Below, piece after piece: positions 39,678 through 49,724 of a stretch of DNA of 64,000 nt. Under the pieces are notes generated by a model. That model searched no databases and was not told where the DNA came from. It worked only from the letters and a program-made list of their open reading frames with translations. The stretch is taken from NCBI GenBank assembly GCA_003551495.1, contig PUMT01000262.1:4293-68292 (forward strand), in the 5' to 3' direction. A program made the position numbers and the translations under genes. How positions within the stretch are numbered: the stretch's first letter is position 1; each line of letters begins with the position of its first letter. The DNA comes from Bacteroidota bacterium (lineage in GTDB: Bacteria > Bacteroidota > Bacteroidia > Bacteroidales > PUMT01).

Positions 39678-41291
39678 ATGCTGAAAAAAGTCCCGCACAC
39701 GTACGTTATTGTTTTTTCTATAATAGTAGTTGCAGCTGTCCTCACGTGGATCGTTCCGCCAGGCAAGTATGTGGAGGAGAAGGTTGTTGTTGAGGGTGTG
39801 GAGAGAACCGAAATGGTTTTCTATTTTGAGGAAGAGCTTCCCGAAAGCTACGAGCAGGAGAGCCAGGTTCAGACATGGCAGGTTTTTTCAGCTCTTTTCA
39901 AGGGATTTGTCAGGCAATCGGGCATAATTGTCTTCATACTCATGATAGGAGGCGCATTCTGGATTATGAACAACAGTCAGGCCATAAGCGTCGGGATCTT
40001 CTCTTTCCTAAAATTTACCGAGAGGCTCGGGAAAATAAACCTTTTCAGGAAGCTGGGGGTGGACAATATAATTATTACTCTAATTATGATACTTTTCAGC
40101 ATCTTCGGGGCTGTTTTCGGAATGGCCGAGGAGACTATAGCCTTTATTGTGATACTTGTCCCCCTTGCCATTTCGATGGGATACGATTCTATTACAGGTG
40201 TTTGCATGGTATTTGTCGGCGCACAGCTTGGTTTTGCAGGTGCCATTTTAAACCCCTTTACAATAGGGATAGCCCAGGGGATTGCGGGACTGCCTCTTTT
40301 TTCGGGAATCGAGTACCGTTTCCTTTGCTGGATAATAATAAATATTACAGGTATATGGTTTGTGCTTCGATATGCAAACAGGATAAGAAAAAAACCCTCT
40401 TTATCACCTGTTCACAAGGAGGATGATTACTGGAGGTCAAACAGTGATGTCAACATCCAGGAAACAAATTATTACACACCAAAAGCAGCGTGGATGGTGT
40501 ATGGAGCTGTGCTGGCCGCACTGGCTGTTTTCTCCTTTATTCACCCGGTTACAGAACTCTCATTCGGCCTCAAGTCCATAAGCTTCAGCATCATCCCCGT
40601 ATCAACAGCAGTGTTTGCCGTTGCCGGGATATTTACCCTCCGGAAATCGGTTCATTTTTTCATATTGCTGCTGCTGGCCTATACAATACTGTACCTAATT
40701 GTAGGTGTCATGGGATACGAATGGTATATAATGGAGCTGGCCACCATATTTATGGCAATGGGAATTGCATCAGGTGTGGCAATAAGCAAGTCTGCAAACA
40801 AAATAGCCGACCTGTTTATTGAAGGGGTAAAAGACATAATGCCTGCAGCTGTGATTGTGGGACTTGCAGGCGGAATAATTATTGTCCTTGAAGACGGGGG
40901 CATTATTGACACCATCCTCTATACATTTTCCAAAGCAATGGGTGCATTCGGCAATGTTGCATCAATAGGTGTTATGTATGTTATACAGACCGTTATAAAT
41001 ATTATAATACCTTCCGGTTCAGCCAAGGCGGCTATAACTATGCCTATAATGGCACCTTTTTCAGACCTTATAGGTATATCAAGGCAGGCAACAGTAATGG
41101 CATTTCAGTTCGGGGATGGCTTCACAAATATGATAACCCCTACATCAGGTGTTCTTATAGGTGTCCTTGGGATAGCCAGAATTCCCTATCATAAATGGCT
41201 TAAATGGATATCCCCGCTGATCCTGATCCTGATAATCCTGGGGTTTTTAATGCTTATCCCTACCGTAACCATGACACTCAGCGGGTTCTGA
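39678..41291 (+). CDS. YfcC / C4-dicarboxylate-anaerobic-carrier-like membrane transporter
   Basis: 537 aa with about 12 TM helices. The N-terminal KVPHTYVI.F.I pattern is typical of YfcC-family proteins. Confidence 0.7.
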   Translation: MLKKVPHTYVIVFSIIVVAAVLTWIVPPGKYVEEKVVVEGVERTEMVFYFEEELPESYEQESQVQTWQVFSALFKGFVRQSGIIVFILMIGGAFWIMNNSQAISVGIFSFLKFTERLGKINLFRKLGVDNIIITLIMILFSIFGAVFGMAEETIAFIVILVPLAISMGYDSITGVCMVFVGAQLGFAGAILNPFTIGIAQGIAGLPLFSGIEYRFLCWIIINITGIWFVLRYANRIRKKPSLSPVHKEDDYWRSNSDVNIQETNYYTPKAAWMVYGAVLAALAVFSFIHPVTELSFGLKSISFSIIPVSTAVFAVAGIFTLRKSVHFFILLLLAYTILYLIVGVMGYEWYIMELATIFMAMGIASGVAISKSANKIADLFIEGVKDIMPAAVIVGLAGGIIIVLEDGGIIDTILYTFSKAMGAFGNVASIGVMYVIQTVINIIIPSGSAKAAITMPIMAPFSDLIGISRQATVMAFQFGDGFTNMITPTSGVLIGVLGIARIPYHKWLKWISPLILILIILGFLMLIPTVTMTLSGF

Positions 41292-41516
41292 CAAATGGTT
41301 GAGGTGGACATCCGTCTGCACTACAGGAGGTTGACTCTTTTTTACTTTATAATGAACTCAATCGGGGTAATTGTACTATTTTAATTAATTTTGCCGTTCA
41401 ACAGAAAAAAAAGAATGACGGCTATGAGGATTACAAAAGTTTTAACAACTGCATTGCTTTTTTTATTTATGGCGGCATGCGATGGATCACCCGAATAAGA
41501 ACAAAAATTCACAAAC

Positions 41517-42068
41517 ATGAAGCTTCGTAAGTTAAACAGGGCGGTTCACAGGGATCTGGGTTACTTTTTTTTCGGGATGACAATTATATATGCCATATCG
41601 GGAGTAGCTCTCAATCACCGTCATGAATGGAATCCAAATTATATAATACAGCAGGAGGAGTTTACAACCAATGTCCCCGAAAAGCCGGGTGAAGTTGATG
41701 AAACTTTTGTAATAGCCCTCCTTGAAGTACTCGAAGAGGAGCAAAACTACAAAACACATCTTGTAGCCGGCAACAGGCTGAGAATATTTATTGAAGGGGG
41801 ATCAGTAGAGGTTAACCTTGAAACCGGTATGGCCAAAATGGAAACAATCAGGAAGAGGCCGGTGTTCAACCAGCTCAATTTCCTCCATTACAATACACCA
41901 GGGAAATTGTGGACATGGTTTGCGGATGCTTATGCTGCCGGTTTGTTTTTGCTGGCGGTAACCGGACTCTTTATTCTCAGGGGGAGGAACGGGATAACCG
42001 GAAGGGGTGCATGGCTTACTGCTGCAGGTATAATCATTCCCCTGACCTTCCTTTTCTTCTATTTTTAA
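41517..42068 (+). CDS. PepSY-associated TM-helix protein
   Basis: N-terminal RK.NR.VHRDLGYFF.G....YA.SG..LNH motif and a C-terminal TM pair. Confidence 0.6.
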   Translation: MKLRKLNRAVHRDLGYFFFGMTIIYAISGVALNHRHEWNPNYIIQQEEFTTNVPEKPGEVDETFVIALLEVLEEEQNYKTHLVAGNRLRIFIEGGSVEVNLETGMAKMETIRKRPVFNQLNFLHYNTPGKLWTWFADAYAAGLFLLAVTGLFILRGRNGITGRGAWLTAAGIIIPLTFLFFYF

Positions 42069-42106
42069 GCCTGTTGCTGACTGCAGCCGATTAAAGACAG
42101 GCAGGA

Positions 42107-43453
42107 TCAGAAAAGGTAATTCAGTCCGATATAGAGTCCGCCATCCCCATCTCTTTCATCAAGAGGCTTCCCGAAGTCAGCTCCAAAAATGAAGTTTTTA
42201 TTCATGGCCACCCTCAGGCCGCCTCCGAGCGAGGTGTGCATTCCTTCATGACCATCATTGTACATTTCAAAAAACGGAGAGCCTGCTTCTGCATCTATTT
42301 CCCTTTTCTGAACAACCCTTCCTGTATCCACAAAACTGTTCAAGGCAAAGTAGAAATTCTGGTTAAAAAGATTCGTCCGGTAAAATTTCCACCTGACCTC
42401 AAAATTGCCGGACACAACCCCTTCACCTACAACCCTGTTCCGCAAAACTCCCCTCAGTGTTCGTGAACCACCCAGACCGTCGGTATTGGAAGAAAGGGAA
42501 AAGGAATTGATCATATAGGGCAGCATAAAAAATGGCACGTCGCCGCCTACTGTCCCCTGGTAATTAAGCCTGCAGGCAAGCGAAAGATCATTTTCAACAA
42601 GTGTGAAATATTGCCTGTGGGTCACAGATATCCGGGAATATGAGAACTCACTGCCCATAAAAGATGGAACAGAAAACAAAACAACTTCAGACCATATTCC
42701 TGACATCGGATTGGGTTCATTGTCGCGTGAATCATAAACCACCCCAAGTTTTAAAAAATTGGTGCTTCCACCTTCCAGCTCCTTTTCAGTAAGGATACCC
42801 CATTCCGCATACCTGTCATACAGTCCGGGAACATCAGGCAGTAAATCATCCTCATCTCTGCCTTCATTCAGGGCGTCTATATCAACCGGGGCAATCCCCG
42901 TGTTCATCAATGCGGCACCTGCAACCCACCTGAGGTGAGGTCCCGACAGGCTGCCCTGCAGGTCAAGTGAAAACCTGAAGACTGTCCGGTCATGCCTGTA
43001 GAACATCCTGCTTATATAATCCGCGTCATCTTCATTTTCCAGACGAGGTTCATAAAGAGCATTGTAACCGTTAAAGCCATAAAAATCAAGCGCTCTTTCA
43101 GTATAGTAGCCAAGGTCGGCTGTTATACGCAATCCCGGTATCAGAAAACCGGAATCGTAAAACAGCCTGTTCACTCCGGTACCCCTGGTATATCTCGAAA
43201 TTTCAGCATATACCGAATGCATATAACCGGGATATGCAGAGCCGTCGCCGAAATTGTAAAAATTAACCACACCGCCGTATTGCCAGCCAAGATCGGAGTT
43301 GTAGGAAACTGCGGGGAGGGCACCGAAAGTCCATCCTGTCCGTGGCTCCTCCCGGTTTTTACTGTTGTTTTCATCTTTTGCTTCAGAAGAGGCCACTATG
43401 TTACCCGATAAGACAAAAAAAAGAAGTATCAGACTTATTCTGCACATGGTCAT
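42107..43453 (-). CDS. Outer-membrane beta-barrel protein (Omp85/D15 surface-antigen-like barrel without POTRA)
   Basis: 448 aa with a signal peptide. Amphipathic strands run throughout, and the terminus is GLNYLF. Confidence 0.5.
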   Translation of the reverse strand: MTMCRISLILLFFVLSGNIVASSEAKDENNSKNREEPRTGWTFGALPAVSYNSDLGWQYGGVVNFYNFGDGSAYPGYMHSVYAEISRYTRGTGVNRLFYDSGFLIPGLRITADLGYYTERALDFYGFNGYNALYEPRLENEDDADYISRMFYRHDRTVFRFSLDLQGSLSGPHLRWVAGAALMNTGIAPVDIDALNEGRDEDDLLPDVPGLYDRYAEWGILTEKELEGGSTNFLKLGVVYDSRDNEPNPMSGIWSEVVLFSVPSFMGSEFSYSRISVTHRQYFTLVENDLSLACRLNYQGTVGGDVPFFMLPYMINSFSLSSNTDGLGGSRTLRGVLRNRVVGEGVVSGNFEVRWKFYRTNLFNQNFYFALNSFVDTGRVVQKREIDAEAGSPFFEMYNDGHEGMHTSLGGGLRVAMNKNFIFGADFGKPLDERDGDGGLYIGLNYLF

Positions 43454-43588
43454 CTGATTTAAAGTCAGGTAAAATCCTGAAAAATTTAGAGCAACATAAT
43501 GTTTTTTGCAATTTACAATTTATTTAATATATTTTTGAATTATACAACTCATTGCAACCTGAACGGATGTCAAACCAAAGTTCCGATT

Positions 43589-45973
43589 ATGCAAAAATTC
43601 TTAAAAATAGCCGCAGTTATACTTCTGGTTATTATAGCTGCCGGCTCTGTTTATATCAGGCACATATCGCGAAAGGCATTGCCTGATTACAATGCAGATA
43701 CCCAATTAAGTGAAATGAAGGGCGAAGTGACCGTACTGAGGAATCAGCAGGGAGTTCCTTCAGTTTATGCAAAAAACGAAGCAGATCTTTACCGTGCCGT
43801 TGGATATGTCATGGCCCAGGACAGGCTGTGGCAGATGGACCTTCTCAGAAGGGTTACTACCGGTAGTTTATCAGAAATATTCGGGAAAGACTTCATTAAC
43901 ACAGACCTGCTGATGCGATCCCTTCGAATTCCAGAAAAATCCTCGGAAATACTCCGGCAGAGCGACAGTTCCGTAGTTGCAGCACTTGAGGCTTTTTCCT
44001 GTGGTGTCAACCAGTTCATCAGCAACAATTCCGGCAACCTTCCCCCGGAGTTTTCAATCCTGGGATACACCCCTGATAGGTGGAAACCCGAACATTCAGT
44101 CAACCTCACGGGATATATGGCGTGGGACCTCAATATGGGCTGGTCAACCGAAGTTATACTCCACAAGCTCCGGCAGGAACTGGATGAAGAAATGTTCCAT
44201 GAACTGATACCCGACCTTTCTCTTCAGGATAGTTATATTTATCCTGATTTCACTTTGGAGGGAAGCGGGATCCTTTCCGTTGCAGGGCGTTCAGCAAGGC
44301 TTCAGGAGCTGGGAGTTCAGATATTCAGCGGAAGCAATAACTGGGCTGTTTCAGGTGAAAAAAGCGCTACAGGCAGCCCGTTATTGTCAAACGACATGCA
44401 TCTCGGCCTGATGGCTCCGGGTATATGGTACCAGATGCATCATGTGGTGGAGGATGAACTTAATGTTACCGGCGTTGTATTGCCCGGGCAACCTTTTGTT
44501 GTTGCAGGACATAATGAAAATATCGCCTGGGGGATGACAAATGTTATGCTTGATGACGTTGACTTTTACCTGGAAACTGTTAACCCTGAAGACCCCCATC
44601 AGTACAGGTATATGGAAGAATGGAGGGATATGGAAGTTCGTAGTGAGGTTATCAAAACCGGCAGTAAAGATTCTGTGATCAGGGAGCTGCTTTTCACTCA
44701 CAGGGGACCGGTTATATCTGATTTCAAAGGTGTTCGTGACCAGGCGATTTCAATGAAATGGACAGGGAATCTTTTCAGTAATGAAGTAAGGAGTGTTTAT
44801 CTTCTCAACAGGGCTGAAAACTGGGACCAATTCAGGGATGCACTTACAACTTTCAATTCGGTTAGCCAGAATGTTGTTTACGCTGATACGGATGGCAATA
44901 TCGGACTACAGACCGCAGCAGGAATTCCTTTAAGGGAAGGGAGCGGAATCCTTATAGTTCCGGGGGAGGTTGACACATACGACTGGCAGGGGATAGTTCC
45001 TTTTGAAGAGCTCCCTTTCGTATACAACCCGCCTGAAGGTTTTGTGCTCTCAGCCAACAACAGGACGGTACCAGATGATTACCCATACTATATAAGCCAC
45101 TGGTATGACCTTCCATACCGTTATGACAGGATCAGGGAAATGCTTACAGAAAAGGAAGTGTTGTCTGCAGATGATTTCAGGGATATGCTAACAGATAATA
45201 AATCGAAGCTGGCTGAAGAAATGGTGCCGGGCCTGCTTGATGAGCTTTCTAAAGTACCGCAACTATCACCGTCTGAAAATGAAGCCGTCAGTTTGCTAAA
45301 GGACTGGGATATGGTTTACTGCCCGTCAGAAGCCGCCCCCCTGATATTTGAACAGTTCTACATTCAGTTCATTGAAACTTTACTGCGCGAACAGATGGGC
45401 GATGACCTTTACAGGGAATTTATCGCAAGCAAGGTGCTCGTAAGGAATATTATAAACCGGGTATGGACTAAGCGCGAATCAGTCTGGTTACAGGAGAGGT
45501 TTGAAGGTGGAGGTGACCCTTTTACCAAAGCTGTTCATAAAAGCTTTTCAAGCGCTGTTGGGCAACTGGAAGAGAAGCTTGGCGGAGACCTTTCCCGGTG
45601 GGCATGGGGGGAACTTCACACATTTACAGTAGAGCATCCGGTGGGAAGTGTTTGGATAATCGACCTGTTTTTTAATATGAACCGCGGACCTTTCCAGCCC
45701 GGAGGAAGCTTCCATACAGTCTGCCCCTACTCCTACGATTACGGCAATCCCTTTGTTGTAAATCACGGTGCATCACAACGCCACATATTTTCAGCAGCCG
45801 ACTGGGATGAATCGTTAGTGGTTATTCCGACAGGTACTTCGGGCATCCCCGCAAGCAGGTATTACTGTGATCAAACCGAAACATATACCAAAGGGGGGTT
45901 TTACCCTTCATATTTTTCACGCCGGCAGGTTGAAGAAAATGCAAAATACAGGATGAAAATAATACCCCGGTAA
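43589..45973 (+). CDS. Penicillin/AHL acylase family Ntn-hydrolase (peptidase S45)
   Basis: A signal anchor is followed by the alpha-subunit motif QDRLWQMD. The autoprocessing site GSNNWAV has Ser as the N-terminal nucleophile of the beta subunit. The ORF opens at 43499, but the Met at 43589 precedes the TM/signal segment. Confidence 0.85.
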   Translation: MQKFLKIAAVILLVIIAAGSVYIRHISRKALPDYNADTQLSEMKGEVTVLRNQQGVPSVYAKNEADLYRAVGYVMAQDRLWQMDLLRRVTTGSLSEIFGKDFINTDLLMRSLRIPEKSSEILRQSDSSVVAALEAFSCGVNQFISNNSGNLPPEFSILGYTPDRWKPEHSVNLTGYMAWDLNMGWSTEVILHKLRQELDEEMFHELIPDLSLQDSYIYPDFTLEGSGILSVAGRSARLQELGVQIFSGSNNWAVSGEKSATGSPLLSNDMHLGLMAPGIWYQMHHVVEDELNVTGVVLPGQPFVVAGHNENIAWGMTNVMLDDVDFYLETVNPEDPHQYRYMEEWRDMEVRSEVIKTGSKDSVIRELLFTHRGPVISDFKGVRDQAISMKWTGNLFSNEVRSVYLLNRAENWDQFRDALTTFNSVSQNVVYADTDGNIGLQTAAGIPLREGSGILIVPGEVDTYDWQGIVPFEELPFVYNPPEGFVLSANNRTVPDDYPYYISHWYDLPYRYDRIREMLTEKEVLSADDFRDMLTDNKSKLAEEMVPGLLDELSKVPQLSPSENEAVSLLKDWDMVYCPSEAAPLIFEQFYIQFIETLLREQMGDDLYREFIASKVLVRNIINRVWTKRESVWLQERFEGGGDPFTKAVHKSFSSAVGQLEEKLGGDLSRWAWGELHTFTVEHPVGSVWIIDLFFNMNRGPFQPGGSFHTVCPYSYDYGNPFVVNHGASQRHIFSAADWDESLVVIPTGTSGIPASRYYCDQTETYTKGGFYPSYFSRRQVEENAKYRMKIIPR

Positions 45974-46192
45974 AACCGTCTCAACAGCATTTTCAACCCC
46001 GGGGTATTACCCGATAATGAGCCTTATTCCAACATTACATGCTCGAGGAATTTTTTATTAGGGTAGGTGAGATTTCTACAATATGGCTTACTCTAATACA
46101 AAAAACTCGTAATTTATGGTTGACTTTGTTACGGAATTAAAAGGCCTGCAGAAGGAGAATCGTAAATTGTCTTACAATCATGAGTCAGGCTG

Positions 46193-47044
46193 TCAGGGTA
46201 CCACCGGGAATGTTTCGCCCGGCAGGTAAACACTCAGTTTCATTCCCTGACCGCCAAGGAGTCCATCCACTTCACGATACTCACCCGAACGGTTATGTAT
46301 AACCACTACCTGCGACTCACCGGCTACCCTGGCAATATTGCCCTGAACAACAATAGCTGTTGACTCATCTATTCCCACTCCTATCTTCTCAGGGTTCTCT
46401 ATGGAAGCACTAACCAGGCGGTTCAGGCGTGACCTCCAAATAAAATGCTGGTCGATTATCACTGTAGGCAGAAGCCCCAGTCCGTCAATAAGTTCAATAT
46501 TATTAGCCTGTATTGTCCTGAACCCGTCAGGAGCATCCTCCCTGAGCTGCCTGCCGGTAAGCATATCACTGCTCATAACGGCAGCACCCGCACTGGTCCC
46601 TGCAACTACAGCTCCATTACGATAGGCATCCTGTATGGCTTCCACAACAGGTGTGCCCCGCACAACATCCATAAATCTTCTCTGCACCCCTCCTGTCATA
46701 TAAATAAAATCGGCATTCCTTATTGAGTCCAGTCGCGATTCGGATACAACCTCACCCTCTTCAACATTGAAATTATAAAGATTCACCGCACCGAGTCCGG
46801 TCAGTTCCCTGTACATACTTTCAAAAGCACTTTCTGTATTTGCACTCGACATGGGAAGAATAATGCCGTATTTGTCCGGATCTTCAAGTCCGGCCATAGT
46901 CAACATCTCTTTCATCATACTTTCAGGCCTCGACCCTCCGCCAATGATATAAAGGGTGCCTGAAGGCTGTTCAGGTGCAGGTGTACAGGACACAATCAGT
47001 GCAGCTGCAAAAGCGGTAAAAATCGCAGTTCTTAAAATGTTCAT
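46193..47044 (-). CDS. Cyanophycinase-like peptidase S51, lipoprotein
   Basis: Lipobox LIVSC, then IIGGG near the N-terminus and the serine-nucleophile region GTSAGAAVMS. Confidence 0.7.
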   Translation of the reverse strand: MNILRTAIFTAFAAALIVSCTPAPEQPSGTLYIIGGGSRPESMMKEMLTMAGLEDPDKYGIILPMSSANTESAFESMYRELTGLGAVNLYNFNVEEGEVVSESRLDSIRNADFIYMTGGVQRRFMDVVRGTPVVEAIQDAYRNGAVVAGTSAGAAVMSSDMLTGRQLREDAPDGFRTIQANNIELIDGLGLLPTVIIDQHFIWRSRLNRLVSASIENPEKIGVGIDESTAIVVQGNIARVAGESQVVVIHNRSGEYREVDGLLGGQGMKLSVYLPGETFPVVP

Positions 47045-47156
47045 ATTGGTTAATTTTAATTTATCTTAAAGAATTATTAAACCCGTGAATATACATGTTT
47101 TTTGAATATTTCAAAAAACAATTGTAATGAGCCTGTGAAATGAAAAAAGTCCGAAG

Positions 47157-48815
47157 TCAGTTTCTCTTCAGCAACTCCCTTGCATTTACCATTGCAGCCT
47201 CCGTTAGTCCTTCACCGCTCAGCATCCTTGCAGTTTCAACTTCACGCTCTTCTTCACTGAGTAGCCTGACCCTGGTTTGAGTGGCATCTTCACCATCGGT
47301 TTTGTAAACAAGATAATGGTAATCGCCTTTTGCAGCAATCTGGGGAAGGTGTGTTATATTCACCAACTGTATATTTTCAGACATATTCTTCAGTATACGT
47401 CCCATCTTATCGGCAATTTCACCTGATACGCCTGCATCTATTTCATCAAATATGATAGTGGGCAATGAAACTGACCTGGCAATAAGAGATTTCAGGCTAA
47501 GCATAACCCGTGAAATCTCACCTCCCGATGCAACCTTTGACAATTCCATCGGTTCGGTCTTAAGGTTGGCCGAAAAAAGAAAGTTGACCCTGTCCTTCCC
47601 GTATGGTGTAAAATCATCCAGCACCCGGTGCACAACTTTAAACACTGCATTAGGCATTCCCAGTTGTCTTAGCTGATCAATCATCCACTCCTCAAGCTTT
47701 CCTGTTACCGACATTCTGGCAACGCTTAGTTTTTCTGACAAACCTGCCAGTTGTTCACTGCACTTATTAAGGTACTTCCCAGCCTCTTCAGTCCTGATTT
47801 CAGCGGAATCTATATCGTTAACCTTTTGCTCCAGCCCGTTCCGGATTTCGATAAGATGTTCCACCGAAGACACCTGGTGCTTCTGCTGAAGTGAATAGAT
47901 CGTGTCGAGTCTTTCGCTTACAAGTTCCGCCCTGCCGGGATCAAATTCCACCTTTTCCTGAAGTGCAGCCACTTCATCAGAGATATCCTTCAGTTCTATT
48001 ACAGAACTTTCAAGTCTTTCGGAAATACCGGCCAAAGAGGGAAGGAATGATTCAATTTTTGCAAGTCCCCCGGCAATATCTTTCAGGTTGTTAATAAGTG
48101 AAGCCTCTTCACCAGACAGAATTTCATTTGACCTGTTGAGTGTTGATTTAATCTCCTCAGCATTGGCAAGAATCCTCAGCTCCTCCTCCAGTTCTTCCTG
48201 TTCACCTGATACCAGACGCGCCTCATTCATCTGTTTAAGCTGAAACTGGTAATAGTCGAGATCAGATTTTGCCTGACGGGCTTCCCTTGTGAGTGTTTCG
48301 TATTTTTCAAGTGCCTCCCGGTAATCATTGAATGCTTTTGTGTATTCATCCTGCAATGAACTGTTTCCGGCAAGTGAGTCGAGAACGCTCAGTTGGAAAA
48401 TGTTATTTCCAACAACAAGACTTTGATGCTGGGAGTGAATGTCAACAAGGCTTTTACCCAGTTCCTTTACTTTTTGGAGGTTAACAGGTGTGTCATTTAT
48501 AAAGGCCCTGGACTTGCCGCTTTCATTTATTTCCCTTCTTACAATTGTCTGGTCGTCGTAGTCAAGTTCATTTTCCAGAAAAAAATCTTTCAGCCTGTAA
48601 CTGCTGACATCGAAAGTTCCTTCTACAATGCATTTTTTAGCTTTATCCTGAAGCACATTTGTGTCGGCACGTTGTCCGAGTATCATGGATAGTGCTCCAA
48701 GCAAAATCGATTTGCCTGCTCCGGTTTCTCCGGTAATAATGGAGAAGCCATCATTAAACTCAATATGCAGTTCATTAATTAGTGCGTAATTCTGAATATG
48801 CAGCGATATAAGCAT
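47157..48815 (-). CDS. recN: DNA repair protein RecN
   Basis: Walker A GETGAGKSIL, long coiled-coil, and a C-terminal signature/Walker B (ASGGE.SR..L; IFDEIDAG). Confidence 0.9.
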   Translation of the reverse strand: MLISLHIQNYALINELHIEFNDGFSIITGETGAGKSILLGALSMILGQRADTNVLQDKAKKCIVEGTFDVSSYRLKDFFLENELDYDDQTIVRREINESGKSRAFINDTPVNLQKVKELGKSLVDIHSQHQSLVVGNNIFQLSVLDSLAGNSSLQDEYTKAFNDYREALEKYETLTREARQAKSDLDYYQFQLKQMNEARLVSGEQEELEEELRILANAEEIKSTLNRSNEILSGEEASLINNLKDIAGGLAKIESFLPSLAGISERLESSVIELKDISDEVAALQEKVEFDPGRAELVSERLDTIYSLQQKHQVSSVEHLIEIRNGLEQKVNDIDSAEIRTEEAGKYLNKCSEQLAGLSEKLSVARMSVTGKLEEWMIDQLRQLGMPNAVFKVVHRVLDDFTPYGKDRVNFLFSANLKTEPMELSKVASGGEISRVMLSLKSLIARSVSLPTIIFDEIDAGVSGEIADKMGRILKNMSENIQLVNITHLPQIAAKGDYHYLVYKTDGEDATQTRVRLLSEEEREVETARMLSGEGLTEAAMVNARELLKRN

Positions 48816-48818
48816 TTC

Positions 48819-49724
48819 TTAACGTGTTTGCACTATTTGCTGGTATTTTGGGGTGTTGGCCGGGTCGATCTCACGCAATATAGAAGCAACCCTTGCCGCC
48901 TCTTCCGGATTGGATTCGGAAAAAACGTTCACAAGTTCGTCAGACTTGGCATTTAACATAACCTGCATAACGTGCATGAACGGATCAGGTTTTTCACGGT
49001 AAACGTTCCGGAGAAGTTCCAGACTTTCTGCTATCTGACTTCGTGATTCAGACGGACGTTCACTCATAACATCAAGTCCCATCCGGTGATAACGGTAATT
49101 CCACTCACGAAGCGGTGCATACCTTGAATCCCTCAGATTAGCGATCAGCCAGTAACGGTTGCGGTTACTTTCAAAAGACCTCCAGCCCCTTTCCTGAGCA
49201 TTCTGGGCATTACTTACTATCATTTCGGCTTTTTGAAAAAATTCAGTTCCTCCGTTCAGTGAAAATGAGTCGTAATCAAGACCAAGAATAATATATACAT
49301 AAAAGGCAAGGATTGAGGTAAGGTTTGAAATATGCCTTGATTCATTAAACTCCAGGGGCTCATGCTCTGTATAGCGGAAATGGAGGTTATTATCCATATA
49401 GTTGAAAAGTACTGAGCTGTAGGATGAATTGAATACCGGACGTCTTGACTGTATCTGTATTGTCCCCCTGAACTCATCCGAAGATATTTCTTCCGTAAGG
49501 TTAATTAGAATATTTGCCTCTATCCGTTCTTCGTTGCTGAACACATGATTTGTCCAGTTACGGTTGTTTATGAACTCATAAATGGCTTTCTGCAGGGTTG
49601 CAAATTTCTGCTTGTTTGTTCCCTGTATCTGGTTTGTTATAACCTGTACATTGCAACGAAGTTCCTGTGCAGCCAGATTGGCTGTGAATAGTAAAAACAG
49701 AATTGAAACAACAAATATTTTCAT
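48819..49724 (-). CDS. DUF4835 family protein (I recall some annotations linking it to type IX secretion; unverified)
   Basis: 301 aa with a signal peptide. It opens with ELRCNVQV. It holds the conserved position between coaBC and recN. Confidence 0.55.
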   Translation of the reverse strand: MKIFVVSILFLLFTANLAAQELRCNVQVITNQIQGTNKQKFATLQKAIYEFINNRNWTNHVFSNEERIEANILINLTEEISSDEFRGTIQIQSRRPVFNSSYSSVLFNYMDNNLHFRYTEHEPLEFNESRHISNLTSILAFYVYIILGLDYDSFSLNGGTEFFQKAEMIVSNAQNAQERGWRSFESNRNRYWLIANLRDSRYAPLREWNYRYHRMGLDVMSERPSESRSQIAESLELLRNVYREKPDPFMHVMQVMLNAKSDELVNVFSESNPEEAARVASILREIDPANTPKYQQIVQTR

